A DNA stretch of 64,000 nt from Parcubacteria group bacterium (GCA_041659065.1 JBAZYY010000007.1:863-64862), one strand, 5' to 3'; counted from the stretch's first letter, positions 35,453-46,321 are shown. The notes: a model not told the origin generated them from the letters alone. Made by a program: numbers and translations.

Positions 35453-35908
35453 ATGAAAAATACTCGTGACTTCACCGCGAACATAACAATTGTGCATGAT
35501 AATAAAGTCCTGCTGCATTTTCACAAGGATCTTAAGAGGTGGCTGCCGGTGGGTGGTCATATCGAAAAGGATGAGCTTCCCGAAGAAGCGGCAATCCGCG
35601 AGGCGAGGGAAGAAGCGGGGCTTGAAATTGAGCTGTATGATAATGATAAAGCTGACAGAATCGCAGATGCCAGACAATCGAGGCTGAAGATGCCGATGCA
35701 TATTTTTCTTGAAGATATTCACGAAGGGCACCAGCATATTGATTTTATTTACTACGCGAAGGCGAATACTTTCGAGTTAAATCCGGAAGAAGATGAATCA
35801 GTCGAACTACGTTGGTTCACAGCCGAGGAGCTGGATAAATTGGATGCGGGGCAGCCAATAAAATACATTGCGCGCGAAGCGCTGGAACTTTTGGGAGGAA
35901 AAAAATAA
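35453..35908 (+). CDS. NUDIX hydrolase
   Basis: Nudix box GGHIEKDELPEEAAIREAREEAGLEI. Confidence 0.7.
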   Translation: MKNTRDFTANITIVHDNKVLLHFHKDLKRWLPVGGHIEKDELPEEAAIREAREEAGLEIELYDNDKADRIADARQSRLKMPMHIFLEDIHEGHQHIDFIYYAKANTFELNPEEDESVELRWFTAEELDKLDAGQPIKYIAREALELLGGKK

Positions 35909-36020
35909 TCAGGCTCCCACACTTAAATAATAGGCTGGGCGGATGGCAGTCCGGGCTTTTTTTGTTTTTTCCGCTAAAATATGGACATATGCGAAAATCA
36001 GTGCTACTTTATAAAAACGG

Positions 36021-36545
36021 ATGAACGCATTCAACTCGATAATTCAAGAGCATTTAGGTCTAAGTATCGGGGCTGCAATTATAGTCTCCGTCCTGCTTTT
36101 AATTTGGAATATTTTCCTTCACATCAGTATCGGTCGAATCAGGGACAATCAGAAAAAAATATTTTCCGGAAAGGGCGCGGTAGATCTTGAGAAAATCATC
36201 ATGGATCACGCTCAAGGCATTAAGGAACTTGACCGGGATATTCAGGATCTGTATGGCATATCGAACCAAATTAATGACCTAGCTAAAAAATCGGTGCATA
36301 AAGTCGGTGTTATCAGATTTAATCCATTCAAGGATTTGGGCGGAGACCAAAGTTTTTCTATTGCGCTTCTCGATGGACAAAATAACGGAGTCGTAGTTTC
36401 AAGCCTTCATACTCGGGGAGGCAATCGTGTTTACGCCAAGCCCGTAGAGTTCGGAAAAGCGGTTAAGCATCCTTTGACCGAAGAAGAGCAAGAGGCAATC
36501 AAAAAAGCTGAAGCGAGCGCCGCGAAAATTGAACAGAAAGCTTAA
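36021..36545 (+). CDS. DUF4446-like membrane-anchored protein
   Basis: N-terminal TM helix, then RFNPFKDLGGDQSF...NGVVVSSLHTRGGNRVYAKP. Confidence 0.45.
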   Translation: MNAFNSIIQEHLGLSIGAAIIVSVLLLIWNIFLHISIGRIRDNQKKIFSGKGAVDLEKIIMDHAQGIKELDRDIQDLYGISNQINDLAKKSVHKVGVIRFNPFKDLGGDQSFSIALLDGQNNGVVVSSLHTRGGNRVYAKPVEFGKAVKHPLTEEEQEAIKKAEASAAKIEQKA

Positions 36546-36586
36546 TTTGCGTAACAAATAAATCAGGAAAGGAAATTTAGAATATA

Positions 36587-38398
36587 ATGGAAGACAACGC
36601 AGCAAAAAAAATAAAAATTCCCTCGCTTGTCACCGTAAAGAAGTTCGCGGATCTTTTAGGCATGTCAATCTCGGATGTCATAAAAGAATTGATGAAAAAT
36701 AAGATTCTGGCGACGATTAATGATGAGATAGATTATGAAACCGCGGCCGTAATTGCTTCGGATCTTGGGTTTGAAACGGAGGAGGATATAGAGATTAGCG
36801 AAGCGGGCGGAATGACGCTTGAGAAGTTAGATGAAATATTAAGAAAGGAAAAGGAGTCCGGGAAAAATTTGCAGCACCGTCCCCCGGTAGTGACTATTCT
36901 AGGGCATGTGGATCATGGTAAGACCACTCTTCTAGACACCATCAGGAAGACTTCAGTCGTGGAAAAAGAAGCCGGCGGGATAACCCAACATATCAACGCT
37001 TATCAAGTAAAGAAAAAAGGTGAGATAATTACCTTCGTTGACACTCCGGGGCACGAGGCATTTTCAGCTATGCGTGAGCGAGGCGTAAGTTTGGCTGACA
37101 TAGCAATCTTGGTTGTCGCGGCCGACGACGGAGTAAAACCTCAAACAGAGGAAGTAATCAAATATCTCAAAGAGAAAAAAATCCCGATGGTTGTCGCGAT
37201 AAATAAGATTGACAAACCCAACGCAAATCCTCAAAGGGTAAAACAAGAGTTGGCCGATCGAGGAATTATGATTGAGGAGTGGGGCGGTGATATAGTTGCG
37301 GCGGAAATTTCAGCAAAACAGAATATAGGCATAGATGAACTTTTGGACATGATTCTGCTAGTCGCAGAGGTTGAAGACTTGAGGGCGGATTTTAAACGGC
37401 CTCCAGTCGGCGTCGTAATTGAATCGCATCTCGACCCGAAAAAGGGAAATGTGGTAATTGTGTTGGTAAGGACCGGAGTTTTGAAAGAAGGCCAGGACGT
37501 TATTGCTGGGTCAGTGGTGGGAAGGGTAAGGCGGCTCGAGGATTACAAAGGCAAGCAGCTCAAAGAAGCGAGTCCCTCGACGCCCGTAACCCTAATTGGC
37601 TTGGATAAATCCCCCAATGTTAATGACGTTTTACAGGGCGTGACTGATTTGCGGTCTGCAAAAATTATGCAGAAGGAAAGGCAATCCTTTGAACCGGGCA
37701 CTTCGGCGAGAATGGATTCCAAGCAGCTCTACAAGACCATTGAAGACCAAAATGTTAAAAAATTAAGCATACTCCTCAAGACTGATGTGCAGGGTTCACT
37801 TGAGGCGATCGATCAGATTTTGGGAGCCATAAAGTCGGATGAAGTTGGCATCAATTATGTTAAACAGGGTGTGGGTGATATTACAGAATCGGATGTGAAA
37901 ATGGCAGTGGCTTCAACATCTGGTGAAAAAAGCGGGCATTTCACGAAGTCGGTAATCTTCGGATTCAACAGCCAGCCCACGACGGTTGCCAAAAGGTTGG
38001 CTGAAGCGAACGGCGTGGAGATCAAGACTTACAAAGTTATCTATGAGCTGGTCGAGGAAATAAAGCGCAGACTGGGCGATATGCTGAGCGAAGAAATTAT
38101 TCGGAAAGATTTGGGAAAGCTTAAAGTGCTGGCTATTTTTAAAACAGGCAAGCAAGATATGATTGTGGGCGGAAAAGTGACTTCCGGAAAGATGGTAAAC
38201 AATGAAAATATTGAAGTAGTGAGGGACGAAAAGGCGCTTGGAAGAGGTAAGCTTGTTAATTTGCAACAGAACAAAGTCGATGTAGACGAGGTTAAGGAAG
38301 GGAATGAATGCGGAATCACTTTTCAGGGCGAAACCAAAATAAAGGAAAGTGACACGCTAGTTTGCTTCCATGAAGAAGTTTTGAAAAAAACTTTGTAG
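36587..38398 (+). CDS. infB: translation initiation factor IF-2, short form
   Basis: G1-G4 GTPase motifs ([21 protein letters not shown]). C-terminal beta-barrel domains. Confidence 0.9.
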   Translation: MEDNAAKKIKIPSLVTVKKFADLLGMSISDVIKELMKNKILATINDEIDYETAAVIASDLGFETEEDIEISEAGGMTLEKLDEILRKEKESGKNLQHRPPVVTILGHVDHGKTTLLDTIRKTSVVEKEAGGITQHINAYQVKKKGEIITFVDTPGHEAFSAMRERGVSLADIAILVVAADDGVKPQTEEVIKYLKEKKIPMVVAINKIDKPNANPQRVKQELADRGIMIEEWGGDIVAAEISAKQNIGIDELLDMILLVAEVEDLRADFKRPPVGVVIESHLDPKKGNVVIVLVRTGVLKEGQDVIAGSVVGRVRRLEDYKGKQLKEASPSTPVTLIGLDKSPNVNDVLQGVTDLRSAKIMQKERQSFEPGTSARMDSKQLYKTIEDQNVKKLSILLKTDVQGSLEAIDQILGAIKSDEVGINYVKQGVGDITESDVKMAVASTSGEKSGHFTKSVIFGFNSQPTTVAKRLAEANGVEIKTYKVIYELVEEIKRRLGDMLSEEIIRKDLGKLKVLAIFKTGKQDMIVGGKVTSGKMVNNENIEVVRDEKALGRGKLVNLQQNKVDVDEVKEGNECGITFQGETKIKESDTLVCFHEEVLKKTL

Positions 38399-38422
38399 CT
38401 GATTTTGTAATGAAGGTAAAAA

Positions 38423-38755
38423 ATGTTTTCAAGAGTTGACCGAATTAATGAATTAATAAAAGAAACTTTAGCTTCTATTATTGCCGAGGAGATTGATATT
38501 TCTCCCGGCATTTTTATTACAGTCACTAAGGTTGACACTTCGCGGGATCTGCGCTACGCTAGAGTGTTTGTGAGTGTTTTTCCTGAAAATAAATTTGGGG
38601 AAGCCATGCGGGTGCTCAAGAGGAATATCTATTCCATTCAAGGGAAATTAAACCGGAAGTTATCAATGAAACCCTTGCCCAGGATAGATTTCATTTCAGA
38701 CAAAACAGAGGCCGAGGCTGATAAAATGGAAAAACTTCTCAAAGAAATTGATTGA
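38423..38755 (+). CDS. rbfA: ribosome-binding factor A
   Basis: RINELIKETLASII...TVTKVDTSRDLRYARVFVSV. Confidence 0.85.
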   Translation: MFSRVDRINELIKETLASIIAEEIDISPGIFITVTKVDTSRDLRYARVFVSVFPENKFGEAMRVLKRNIYSIQGKLNRKLSMKPLPRIDFISDKTEAEADKMEKLLKEID

Positions 38756-39765
38756 ATTTTGTAGAATATGAGATTAAAGGAAACGGCATTATGGACTATA
38801 AGTTTGCTCAAGAATTTAAGTTGATAAAAGACGAGCTGGAAAAAGCCAAGAGGATTCTTTTGGTAGCCCATACTCGTCCGGACGGGGATACTGTCGGGTC
38901 GGTTTTTTCATTAAAAGAATATCTCGAGAGGTTTCCGGACAAAGAAGTAGTCGCGACTTGTACCGATCCATTCCCTGAACATTTGAGAAATATTTTTGAT
39001 TCCGACTTTTCAGATCCGCATAAGATTGATATTTCTAAATTTGACCTTTTGATCGGCTGTGACGCTGTTGAACGAGGTTTTGAAAAAATTGTAAAGAAAA
39101 AAGAAGCTGGCCAGAAAATTATTATCCTTGATCATCACACAACGGTTCGGCTAAAAAATGTTCAGCCGGATATTCTCATCGCGGACGAGCATTATTCTTC
39201 CGTATGCGAGATTTTATATGACTTTTTCGATTTTCACAGAATTGATTTTGACAAGAAAATCGCGTCATATCTCTTAATCGGGATTCTGAATGATACCGGA
39301 ATTTTTCAGCATGCCAATACTACGCCTAAAACAATGGAGATCGCGGCTGAACTGATGCGCAAGGGAGCATCCCTCCCCAAAATTATTCAGCATAACTTCA
39401 AGAATAAGAGACTTGAAACGTTGAAACTTTGGGGCCGGGCTCTGGAACGAGCCGAAATAAACGAAAAATCCGGCGCAATCATGTCGTATATCACGAAAAA
39501 AGATCTTGAAGAGCTTTCTGCCGACGCGGAGGATGTCGCGTCTGTAGCAGAAATTCTCAACACTGTTTCCGGAACCAGGTTTTCGTTGGTGCTATCCGAA
39601 AGAGAAGATAATAAGATTAAGGGAAGCCTGCGAAGTGAAGAGTATAAAAATGTGGATGTCTCAGAGATCGCGCGAATGCTGAGAGGTGGCGGACATCGAC
39701 TGGCTAGCGGGTTTGAAATCAGGGGTCAGTTAGTGAAAGACGGCGAAAAGTGGAGAATAGAATAA
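38752..39765 (+). CDS. DHH-family phosphoesterase (NrnA-like)
   Basis: DHH motifs LLVAHTRPDGDTVGS and ILDHH. DHHA1-like C-terminus with GGGH. Confidence 0.75.
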   Translation: MNFVEYEIKGNGIMDYKFAQEFKLIKDELEKAKRILLVAHTRPDGDTVGSVFSLKEYLERFPDKEVVATCTDPFPEHLRNIFDSDFSDPHKIDISKFDLLIGCDAVERGFEKIVKKKEAGQKIIILDHHTTVRLKNVQPDILIADEHYSSVCEILYDFFDFHRIDFDKKIASYLLIGILNDTGIFQHANTTPKTMEIAAELMRKGASLPKIIQHNFKNKRLETLKLWGRALERAEINEKSGAIMSYITKKDLEELSADAEDVASVAEILNTVSGTRFSLVLSEREDNKIKGSLRSEEYKNVDVSEIARMLRGGGHRLASGFEIRGQLVKDGEKWRIE

Positions 39766-39853
39766 ATTAGTTAAGTTAGAATTTTAATATTGAGATGTCT
39801 GGCAATGCTCGGCAATTTTTTTTATAATGACTTTAGCTAAATAAAACAGCCTA

Positions 39854-40492
39854 ATGAGCGAATATAAAAACGTGGAGACAAAAATAAAAGAATGTTGTAC
39901 TTGCCTTTTGCGCGGAACTTGCACCCAAGTTGTGCCGGGAGAAGGAAATTCACACGCCCAGATAATGTTTATCGGGGAAGCTCCCGGAGAGAACGAAGAT
40001 AGGCAAGGTCGCCCATTCGTGGGTGCAGCTGGAAAATTTCTGGAGGAAATGTTGGGAATAATCGGGCTGGAAAGAAAAGATGTTTTTATCGCAAATGTTT
40101 TGAAATGCCGTCCACCTGGAAATCGTGATCCGCTGCCGGAGGAAGTTGAAGCTTGTTGGCCATGGCTCGTAGAACAGATAAACAGCATAAAGCCAAAATT
40201 AATTGTGACTCTGGGGCGGCACGCGATGGAGCGATTTCTTCCCAATCAAAAAATATCAAAAATGCATGGGACGGCGCTTCGGCGCGAAATTCCGGGTATC
40301 GGGAAACAGGTTTTTTACGCTCTCTATCATCCGGCTGCGGCGCTTTATCAAGGAAGCCTTCGAGATACTCTCAAAGCGGACTTTAAAAAAATTCCAAAGG
40401 TGTTGGAGGCGATTAGGAAAACCGATAAAGCGGCGAAGCAGGATGAAAAACAAGTTGAAATCGATGAGAATAAGCAAAAGGCATTGTTTTGA
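39854..40492 (+). CDS. uracil-DNA glycosylase, family 4
   Basis: GEGNSHAQIMFIGEAPGENEDRQGRPFVGAAGKFL. Confidence 0.8.
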   Translation: MSEYKNVETKIKECCTCLLRGTCTQVVPGEGNSHAQIMFIGEAPGENEDRQGRPFVGAAGKFLEEMLGIIGLERKDVFIANVLKCRPPGNRDPLPEEVEACWPWLVEQINSIKPKLIVTLGRHAMERFLPNQKISKMHGTALRREIPGIGKQVFYALYHPAAALYQGSLRDTLKADFKKIPKVLEAIRKTDKAAKQDEKQVEIDENKQKALF

Positions 40493-40577
40493 TAATGAGC
40501 GGATAAATTTAGCAGTATCTGATTTCATTGACCTTGCGCATTTTTAGTGATAATTTTTAGTCTGGTGATTTAAGCAA

Positions 40578-40648
40578 GGGTCCGATGGCCGAGTGGCTAG
40601 GCAGGGGTCTGCAAAACCCCGTACGGCGGTTCAATTCCGCCTCGGACC
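40578..40648 (+). tRNA. tRNA-Cys(GCA)
   Basis: GGTCCGATGGCCGAGTGGCTAGGCAGGGGTCTGCAAAACCCCGTACGGCGGTTCAATTCCGCCTCGGACCT, with U73 discriminator. Confidence 0.85.
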
Positions 40649-40669
40649 TCATAGACTTTTGCCCAGGTG

Positions 40670-40699
40670 GTGCCTGTCGGCAGGCAGGGAATTGGCATA
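40670..40699 (+). repeat. TGCCTGTCGGCAGGCAGG motif fused to a Leu-type D-loop fragment GGAATTGGCATAC
   Basis: Same GC palindrome core as 16046 and 40870. The D-loop string matches the tRNA-Leu genes. Confidence 0.35.
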
Positions 40700-40758
40700 C
40701 CCCAGTACTATCTCGCAAACGAAAAGTACGGGGGCAAGCATGAGGGACATTAAAATTA

Positions 40759-40842
40759 GCCGAAGTGGTGGAATTGGCATACACGCGAGACTTAAAATCT
40801 CGTGGAGTTTTCTCCTTGTGGGTTCGAGTCCCACCTTCGGCA
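40759..40842 (+). tRNA. tRNA-Leu(TAA), type II
   Basis: GCCGAAGTGGTGGAATTGGCATACACGCGAGACTTAAAATCTCGTGGAGTTTTCTCCTTGTGGGTTCGAGTCCCACCTTCGGCA. Confidence 0.85.
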
Positions 40843-40869
40843 CTTATGGCTGTGAGTTTTTACCCCGCA

Positions 40870-40886
40870 CTTGCCGGCAGGCAGGT
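40870..40886. repeat. CTTGCCGGCAGGCAGG, third copy of the GC palindrome motif
   Basis: 28 nt downstream of tRNA-Leu(TAA). Followed by ...GGGCACAT..., as at 16046. Confidence 0.35.
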
Positions 40887-40967
40887 CGCTCCGGGCACAT
40901 TTAGAAACTAAAAGTTCAAGATTTAAAGTGTAAAAGCATGGTATTACTTCGCGATATTTTATAATTT

Positions 40968-41666
40968 ATGCAGCAGATAAATAGAAAAAAACTCATTGTC
41001 TCCGCCGATGATTTTGGAAAAAGTAAATTGGCAAATAAGAATATACTGGAACTAGCTGAAGCTGGGAAGCTCAATCGAGTTTCAGTTATGGCTAACGGAA
41101 AATTCAGCCAGGACGAGCTTAGCCGGCTACTTTATTCTGGCGTAAAGTTGGATGTCCATTTGGATACCGAGGAGTGGCTGGAAGATAAAGAAAAAATTAG
41201 AGAAAGCTTCATCAAAAGAAGTATTATATTCTGGAATAACCATCTTTTTGGAATTTTGAGGAGAAACAAAAAAGAAAAAATATGGGAAAATCAGTTGAGA
41301 CATTTCATCGCAATTACTGGAGAAAATCCCGATGGCATTAACACGCATCGCTACGATCATTTATTTCCAAGATATTTCCCCAGGATTATAAGTTTGGCTA
41401 AAAAATATAAAGTTTCCAGGATTCGCTTCGGAAAAATTATTCCGGCCGGACAAAATGGAATAACATCTGCTATACTGGACCGTTTTCAGAAAAGAGATAA
41501 GGATCTGTTCCTGGAATCCGGGCTGATCTCCTATGACTATTGCGTCAGCTTGGATTGGATCGAAAATCCGGAAAAATTCTTTGAAGACCTGCCCGAAGGT
41601 AAAATTGAGCTGGTTTGCCATCCAGAGAGAGAAGAAGAAATAAATTTTGTGAATAAATATTTATAG
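40968..41666 (+). CDS. YdjC/ChbG-family carbohydrate deacetylase-like protein
   Basis: KLIVSADDFGKSKLANKNILELAEAGKLNRVSVMANG. Confidence 0.6.
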   Translation: MQQINRKKLIVSADDFGKSKLANKNILELAEAGKLNRVSVMANGKFSQDELSRLLYSGVKLDVHLDTEEWLEDKEKIRESFIKRSIIFWNNHLFGILRRNKKEKIWENQLRHFIAITGENPDGINTHRYDHLFPRYFPRIISLAKKYKVSRIRFGKIIPAGQNGITSAILDRFQKRDKDLFLESGLISYDYCVSLDWIENPEKFFEDLPEGKIELVCHPEREEEINFVNKYL

Positions 41667-41680
41667 ACATTGATTAAGAT

Positions 41681-42406
41681 ATGGAAGCATTCATTTTTTC
41701 AATTGCAAGTTTTGTCTCTACTTATAGCGGAGGGCTGCTTGCCGTCAAACTTCGAGATAAACTTAACCTTATTATGGGATTCGTGGCGGGAGTGCTTCTC
41801 GGCGTAGTTTGCTTCGATATCTTGCCTGAAATTATCGAACAAGTGAAAATGTATAATCTGGATCCCACAGTTATTATGGTGTTTCTCGTTTTCGGTTTTC
41901 TCCTGTTTCATATTTTGGAGAAAACGATTTTGATTCACCATGCGCATGAAGGTGATTACGCCGAGCATCTGCATCCGCAAGTTGGTGTTATCTCCGCGTT
42001 GGCGCTTATTGGCCACAGTTTTCTGGATGGATTCGGCATTGGCCTTGGGTTTCAAATAAATCCCACTGTCGGAGTACTCGTTGCAGTCGCAGTCATCTCC
42101 CATGACTTCACAGACGGAATGAATACCATCACCTTGATGATTTCCCATCGCAATGCCATCAGTAAAGCCAAAATATTTTTGCTGTTTGACGCACTGGCGC
42201 CAGTCTTGGGAGTTTTTGCGGCATCAATATTCGCCATTCCTGTGCAATTCATGGCGTTATATCTCGGATTTTTTGCCGGGTTTCTTCTTTATATCGGAGC
42301 GAGCGATATTTTGCCTCAAGCTCACAGCAAAAAAAGTTCCTATAAACTAATAGGGCTTACGATTTTAGGAGTCCTTTTTATTTTTTTCGTGACGAGATTT
42401 ATTTAG
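41681..42406 (+). CDS. ZIP-family divalent metal transporter
   Basis: HSFLDGFGIGLGFQ plus a His-rich loop. 8 TM helices. Confidence 0.75.
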   Translation: MEAFIFSIASFVSTYSGGLLAVKLRDKLNLIMGFVAGVLLGVVCFDILPEIIEQVKMYNLDPTVIMVFLVFGFLLFHILEKTILIHHAHEGDYAEHLHPQVGVISALALIGHSFLDGFGIGLGFQINPTVGVLVAVAVISHDFTDGMNTITLMISHRNAISKAKIFLLFDALAPVLGVFAASIFAIPVQFMALYLGFFAGFLLYIGASDILPQAHSKKSSYKLIGLTILGVLFIFFVTRFI

Positions 42407-42436
42407 AAGTTTGCGAAGATAAAGCAAAGGATTGCG

Positions 42437-44008
42437 CTAATCCAGATAATCAAGCAGATTTTGGCCCGTCATCTCTGGCGGGATTTTTAAATGCATCGCA
42501 GACAAAACTGTCGGAGCAACGTCGCTTAAAAGTCCCTTGACGCTGTTTTTAGCATCGAGGATTTGAGTTTCCGATCTCTGCTTTTGGTTGTGTGGTGAAA
42601 TATACCACAGTGGGACGGGAAAAGTTGAATGCTCGGTATCGACTTCCTCAGTGCGCTGATTTACCATCTCTTCCGCGTTGCCATGGTCGGCCGTAATCAA
42701 TAAACTTCCCTCCATCTTGAGGACTTCCGGGATTAGCTTTCCAAGGCATCTATCCACCACTTCAACGGCCTCGATGGCCGCTTTTTGATTTCCGGTGTGG
42801 CCGACCATATCCGCGTTTGCATAATTCATTAAAATGAAAGCGTATTTGCCAGTGTTCATTTCCTTGATTACCCTTTCGGTTATTGGGAAGGCGCTCATCT
42901 CCGGAGCTTTATCATAGGTGGAAATTGGCTGCGAGGGAATCAATATATGTTCCTCGTTCGGAAAAGGTTCTTCTCTGCCGCCGTTGAAAAAATAAGTGAC
43001 GTGGGCATATTTCTCGGTTTCCGCAATGCGCAGCTGATTATAGCCAGATTCACTTATGACTTCGCCTAAGCAGTTCTTTATCTCCTGTGGGCCAAAAGCA
43101 ATTAGGGCCGGAATATTTTCTTCGTATTTTGTCATGCAGACGAATTCCACGTCTGGCAAATATTTCTTCCGGTTAAATTTCGAAAAAGTAGGCAAAACAA
43201 AAGCTTTGGTTATTTGGCGGGCCCGATCTTCCCGGAAATTGAAAAAAATTACGGAATCTTTTTCGCCTATCGTATTTATCTCGCCCTTTTCGTCTTCAAT
43301 TAAAGTCGGTTCGATGAATTCGTCAGTAATATTTCCTTGATATGATTTCTCAAGCGCCGCTTTGGCATTCTTTTCTCTTTGGCCCTCTCCCAAAACGAGA
43401 AGATTATAAGCTTTTTCAATGCGATCCCAATTTTCATTCCTGTCCATGGCAAAATAACGTCCACAAAGGCTTGCAATTTTTCCGCAGCCGTTTTCTTCGA
43501 GACGCTCTTCCATATCTTCGACAATTCTTGCACCTTGAGTAGGCGGCGAATCTCTGCCATCGGTAAAGGCATGAATAAATACTTTTTCGAGTTGGTTATT
43601 CCGGGCAAGTTCTATCAGCGCGAAGAGATGATCCATCGAGCTATGGACACCGCCGTTTCCAATCAGTCCCATGATATGAAGGGCGCTGTCATTTTTCTTC
43701 GCGTTTTGGATGGCGGACAAAAAACTCTCATTTTTGAAAAAACTTCCATTTTGGATCGCAAGAGTAATGTTAGGTAAATTTTGATAGATTACCCGACCTG
43801 CCCCGAGAGTCATGTGGCCGACTTCCGAATTGCCCATTTCACCCCAGGGTAGTCCGACCGAAATGCCCGAAGCCTGAAGCAGGACTTGCGGATAGTAGCG
43901 ACAGAGCTTGTCTATGGTCGGCGTATTAGCTTGGGAGATGGCGTTTCCTTCAAGGCTCGGATTTTCTCCCCATCCGTCGAGAACGACTAAAAAAACTGGT
44001 TTTATCAT
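42437..44008 (-). CDS. gpmI: 2,3-bisphosphoglycerate-independent phosphoglycerate mutase
   Basis: MIKPVFLVVLDGWGENP...GNSEVGHMTLGAGR...ADHGNAE. Confidence 0.9.
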   Translation of the reverse strand: MIKPVFLVVLDGWGENPSLEGNAISQANTPTIDKLCRYYPQVLLQASGISVGLPWGEMGNSEVGHMTLGAGRVIYQNLPNITLAIQNGSFFKNESFLSAIQNAKKNDSALHIMGLIGNGGVHSSMDHLFALIELARNNQLEKVFIHAFTDGRDSPPTQGARIVEDMEERLEENGCGKIASLCGRYFAMDRNENWDRIEKAYNLLVLGEGQREKNAKAALEKSYQGNITDEFIEPTLIEDEKGEINTIGEKDSVIFFNFREDRARQITKAFVLPTFSKFNRKKYLPDVEFVCMTKYEENIPALIAFGPQEIKNCLGEVISESGYNQLRIAETEKYAHVTYFFNGGREEPFPNEEHILIPSQPISTYDKAPEMSAFPITERVIKEMNTGKYAFILMNYANADMVGHTGNQKAAIEAVEVVDRCLGKLIPEVLKMEGSLLITADHGNAEEMVNQRTEEVDTEHSTFPVPLWYISPHNQKQRSETQILDAKNSVKGLLSDVAPTVLSAMHLKIPPEMTGQNLLDYLD

Positions 44009-44319
44009 GGATTTAGTTTAGGCTATTTTTTATCGGTTGGGTTTGAGTTAAAAAGCTTCTGAAGATATTTTCATACAAATATTAACACATCCGGAAGCAC
44101 TTTGACAAAAAAGCGACTCTGCCCTAAAATGTTTAGGTCAAATATTAAATGATTTATTGCTTCATTTGATAACATCTCCAGTTTTTTAAAGAGTTGATAT
44201 TCTACCTTAGGAATTGTCCGCGCTATTACATTAAACTGGATCACGCAAAGTAAAATTATTGGAAAAAATTTTCAAAAAAGTGACTAAATCTTGTTATCAA
44301 CTGCATAGCTCGCAACATT

Positions 44320-45852
44320 ATGGAAGTAAGTTTCAGTCTTCTTTTAATTGGAATTCTTTGTTTGGTGGCTGGTTCAACGCTGGGTTATTTCGCGCGCCAG
44401 TCGATTGCTAAAAAACAATTAAATACTGCCGAAGGTAAGGTAAGTAAAATGGTTTCAGACGCGCAAGAAGAAGCGCAGGGTGTTTTGCTGGAAGCAAAAA
44501 ATAAAGCCGTTCAAATTCTTGAAGACGCGAAAAAAGAAGAGAAAAACAGGCAAGACCAGATTTTTAGATTCGAAAAAAGGCTTGAGAGCAGGGAGGAAAA
44601 TCTTGATCGGAAGATGAGCGAACTGGATCGGGAAAAAGATTCGATAATTAAAAAAGCGGAGGAAGTCAAAAAAATCAGAAAAGAAGCGGAGCAGGCCCGG
44701 CAAGAACAGTTCAAACGGCTTGAAAAAATCGCCGGCCTTTCCAAGGACGAAGCAAAAAAAATCCTGCTTCAGCTAGCCGAAGAGCAGAATCGAGAAATTT
44801 TGGCGGAGAGAATCAGAAAATTGGAGTCACAGGGAAAAGAGGATTTGGAAAAAAAGGCGCGAAATATCATGTCAATTGCCATGCAACGATACGCTGGAAG
44901 TCATGCGGCTGAAACCACGACATCGACAGTCTCAATACCCTCGGATGAACTCAAGGGAAGAATTATCGGAAGAGAAGGAAGAAACATAAAAACCCTAGAA
45001 AGGCTGACGGGCATTGAAATAATAGTCGATGATACCCCAGAGGCGATTGTAATTTCCGGATTTAACCCGGTGCGAAGGGAAATCGCGCGCATTGCGCTTG
45101 AAAAGCTTATTGAGGACGGGCGTATCCATCCTACACGGATTGAAGAGGCGATTAATTACGCCAAGACAGAGGTAAATAATAAAATTAAGGAAGCGGGCGA
45201 AGCGGCAGCATACGACGTCGGAATTGCGGGTCTTGATCCGAAACTAATTCAGCTTTTAGGGAGACTGCGTTTCCGAACCAGCTATGGGCAAAATGTATTG
45301 CTCCATTCTCTCGAAGTCGCGCATCTCGCCGGAGCCTTAGCGGCTGAGCTGGGTGCGAACGTCAGTCTTGCTAAGAAAGCCGGGCTTCTGCATGATATTG
45401 GAAAAGCTATTGATCATGAGGTTCAGGGAACGCATATTGAGATCGGTGTGAACATTCTCAAAAAATTCAATATCGAGGAAGAAGTTATTAATGCAATGAA
45501 GTCGCATCACGAGGATTATCCCTTTGAGAGTAACGAAGCCATGCTTATCGCGGCTGCTGACGCACTTTCGGCTTCAAGGCCGGGAGCCAGGAAAGATACA
45601 CTCGAAGATTATTTGAAGAGGCTTACGGATCTGGAAAATGTCGCAACTTCATTTGAAGGCGTCGAAAAAACTTATGCTATCCAGGCCGGAAGGGAAATAA
45701 GGGTCTTCGTGAAGCCTGACCAGATTGATGATCTTGGAGCGATTAAACTGGCCAGAAGCATTGCCGATAAAATTGAGCAAGAACTGAAATACCCGGGCGA
45801 AATCAAAGTGAATGTTCTGCGTGAAACCAGAGCGGTCGAACTTGCAAGATAA
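44320..45852 (+). CDS. rny: ribonuclease Y
   Basis: N-terminal TM helix, coiled coil, KH domain ([20 protein letters not shown]), HD domain ([12 protein letters not shown]). Confidence 0.85.
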   Translation: MEVSFSLLLIGILCLVAGSTLGYFARQSIAKKQLNTAEGKVSKMVSDAQEEAQGVLLEAKNKAVQILEDAKKEEKNRQDQIFRFEKRLESREENLDRKMSELDREKDSIIKKAEEVKKIRKEAEQARQEQFKRLEKIAGLSKDEAKKILLQLAEEQNREILAERIRKLESQGKEDLEKKARNIMSIAMQRYAGSHAAETTTSTVSIPSDELKGRIIGREGRNIKTLERLTGIEIIVDDTPEAIVISGFNPVRREIARIALEKLIEDGRIHPTRIEEAINYAKTEVNNKIKEAGEAAAYDVGIAGLDPKLIQLLGRLRFRTSYGQNVLLHSLEVAHLAGALAAELGANVSLAKKAGLLHDIGKAIDHEVQGTHIEIGVNILKKFNIEEEVINAMKSHHEDYPFESNEAMLIAAADALSASRPGARKDTLEDYLKRLTDLENVATSFEGVEKTYAIQAGREIRVFVKPDQIDDLGAIKLARSIADKIEQELKYPGEIKVNVLRETRAVELAR

Positions 45853-46012
45853 TTTGTCGAAACACGTAACACATAACATGGAGCAGTCTCCTTGCATAGG
45901 CACTCAGCGTTCCAAGGCGCAACAGGATGTGGATAACGAAATTGGCTTAAATTAGCAAAAAATAGTAGAATATAGTAGGCTTTAATATCTAAAGTAGAAA
46001 GCGAGGTGGAAT

Positions 46013-46321
46013 ATGGCAACAGATATAAACAAAGACGCATTGGTGGATATGGCGGCTAATAAAACAGGAATGGTGAAAAAAGATATTGAGACTATTGTTG
46101 ACACAGTAGTCGATGTTATCACCGACGCGCTTCACCAAGACAGGAAGGTGACTATCACTGGTTTTGGAACATTTAAGGTCACCCATCGCGCTTCGCGCGA
46201 AGGAATTAATCCTCAAACTAAAGAAAGGATCACAATTCCAGCAGTTTCAACCCCGAAGTTCACGGCTGGAAAGCGTCTTAAGGAATCAGTTCGATCTCAG
46301 GCAGTGAAATCAGGTGAATAG
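46013..46321 (+). CDS. hup: DNA-binding protein HU
   Basis: GFGTFKVTHRASREGINPQTKERITIPA. GAGGTGG RBS upstream. Confidence 0.85.
   Translation: MATDINKDALVDMAANKTGMVKKDIETIVDTVVDVITDALHQDRKVTITGFGTFKVTHRASREGINPQTKERITIPAVSTPKFTAGKRLKESVRSQAVKSGE

Noticed and set aside
40557-40904. Several 64-103-aa ORFs on both strands across 40557..40904
   Set aside because: They overlap tRNA-Cys, tRNA-Leu(TAA) and the GC-palindrome repeats, and are translation artefacts of structured RNA sequence.
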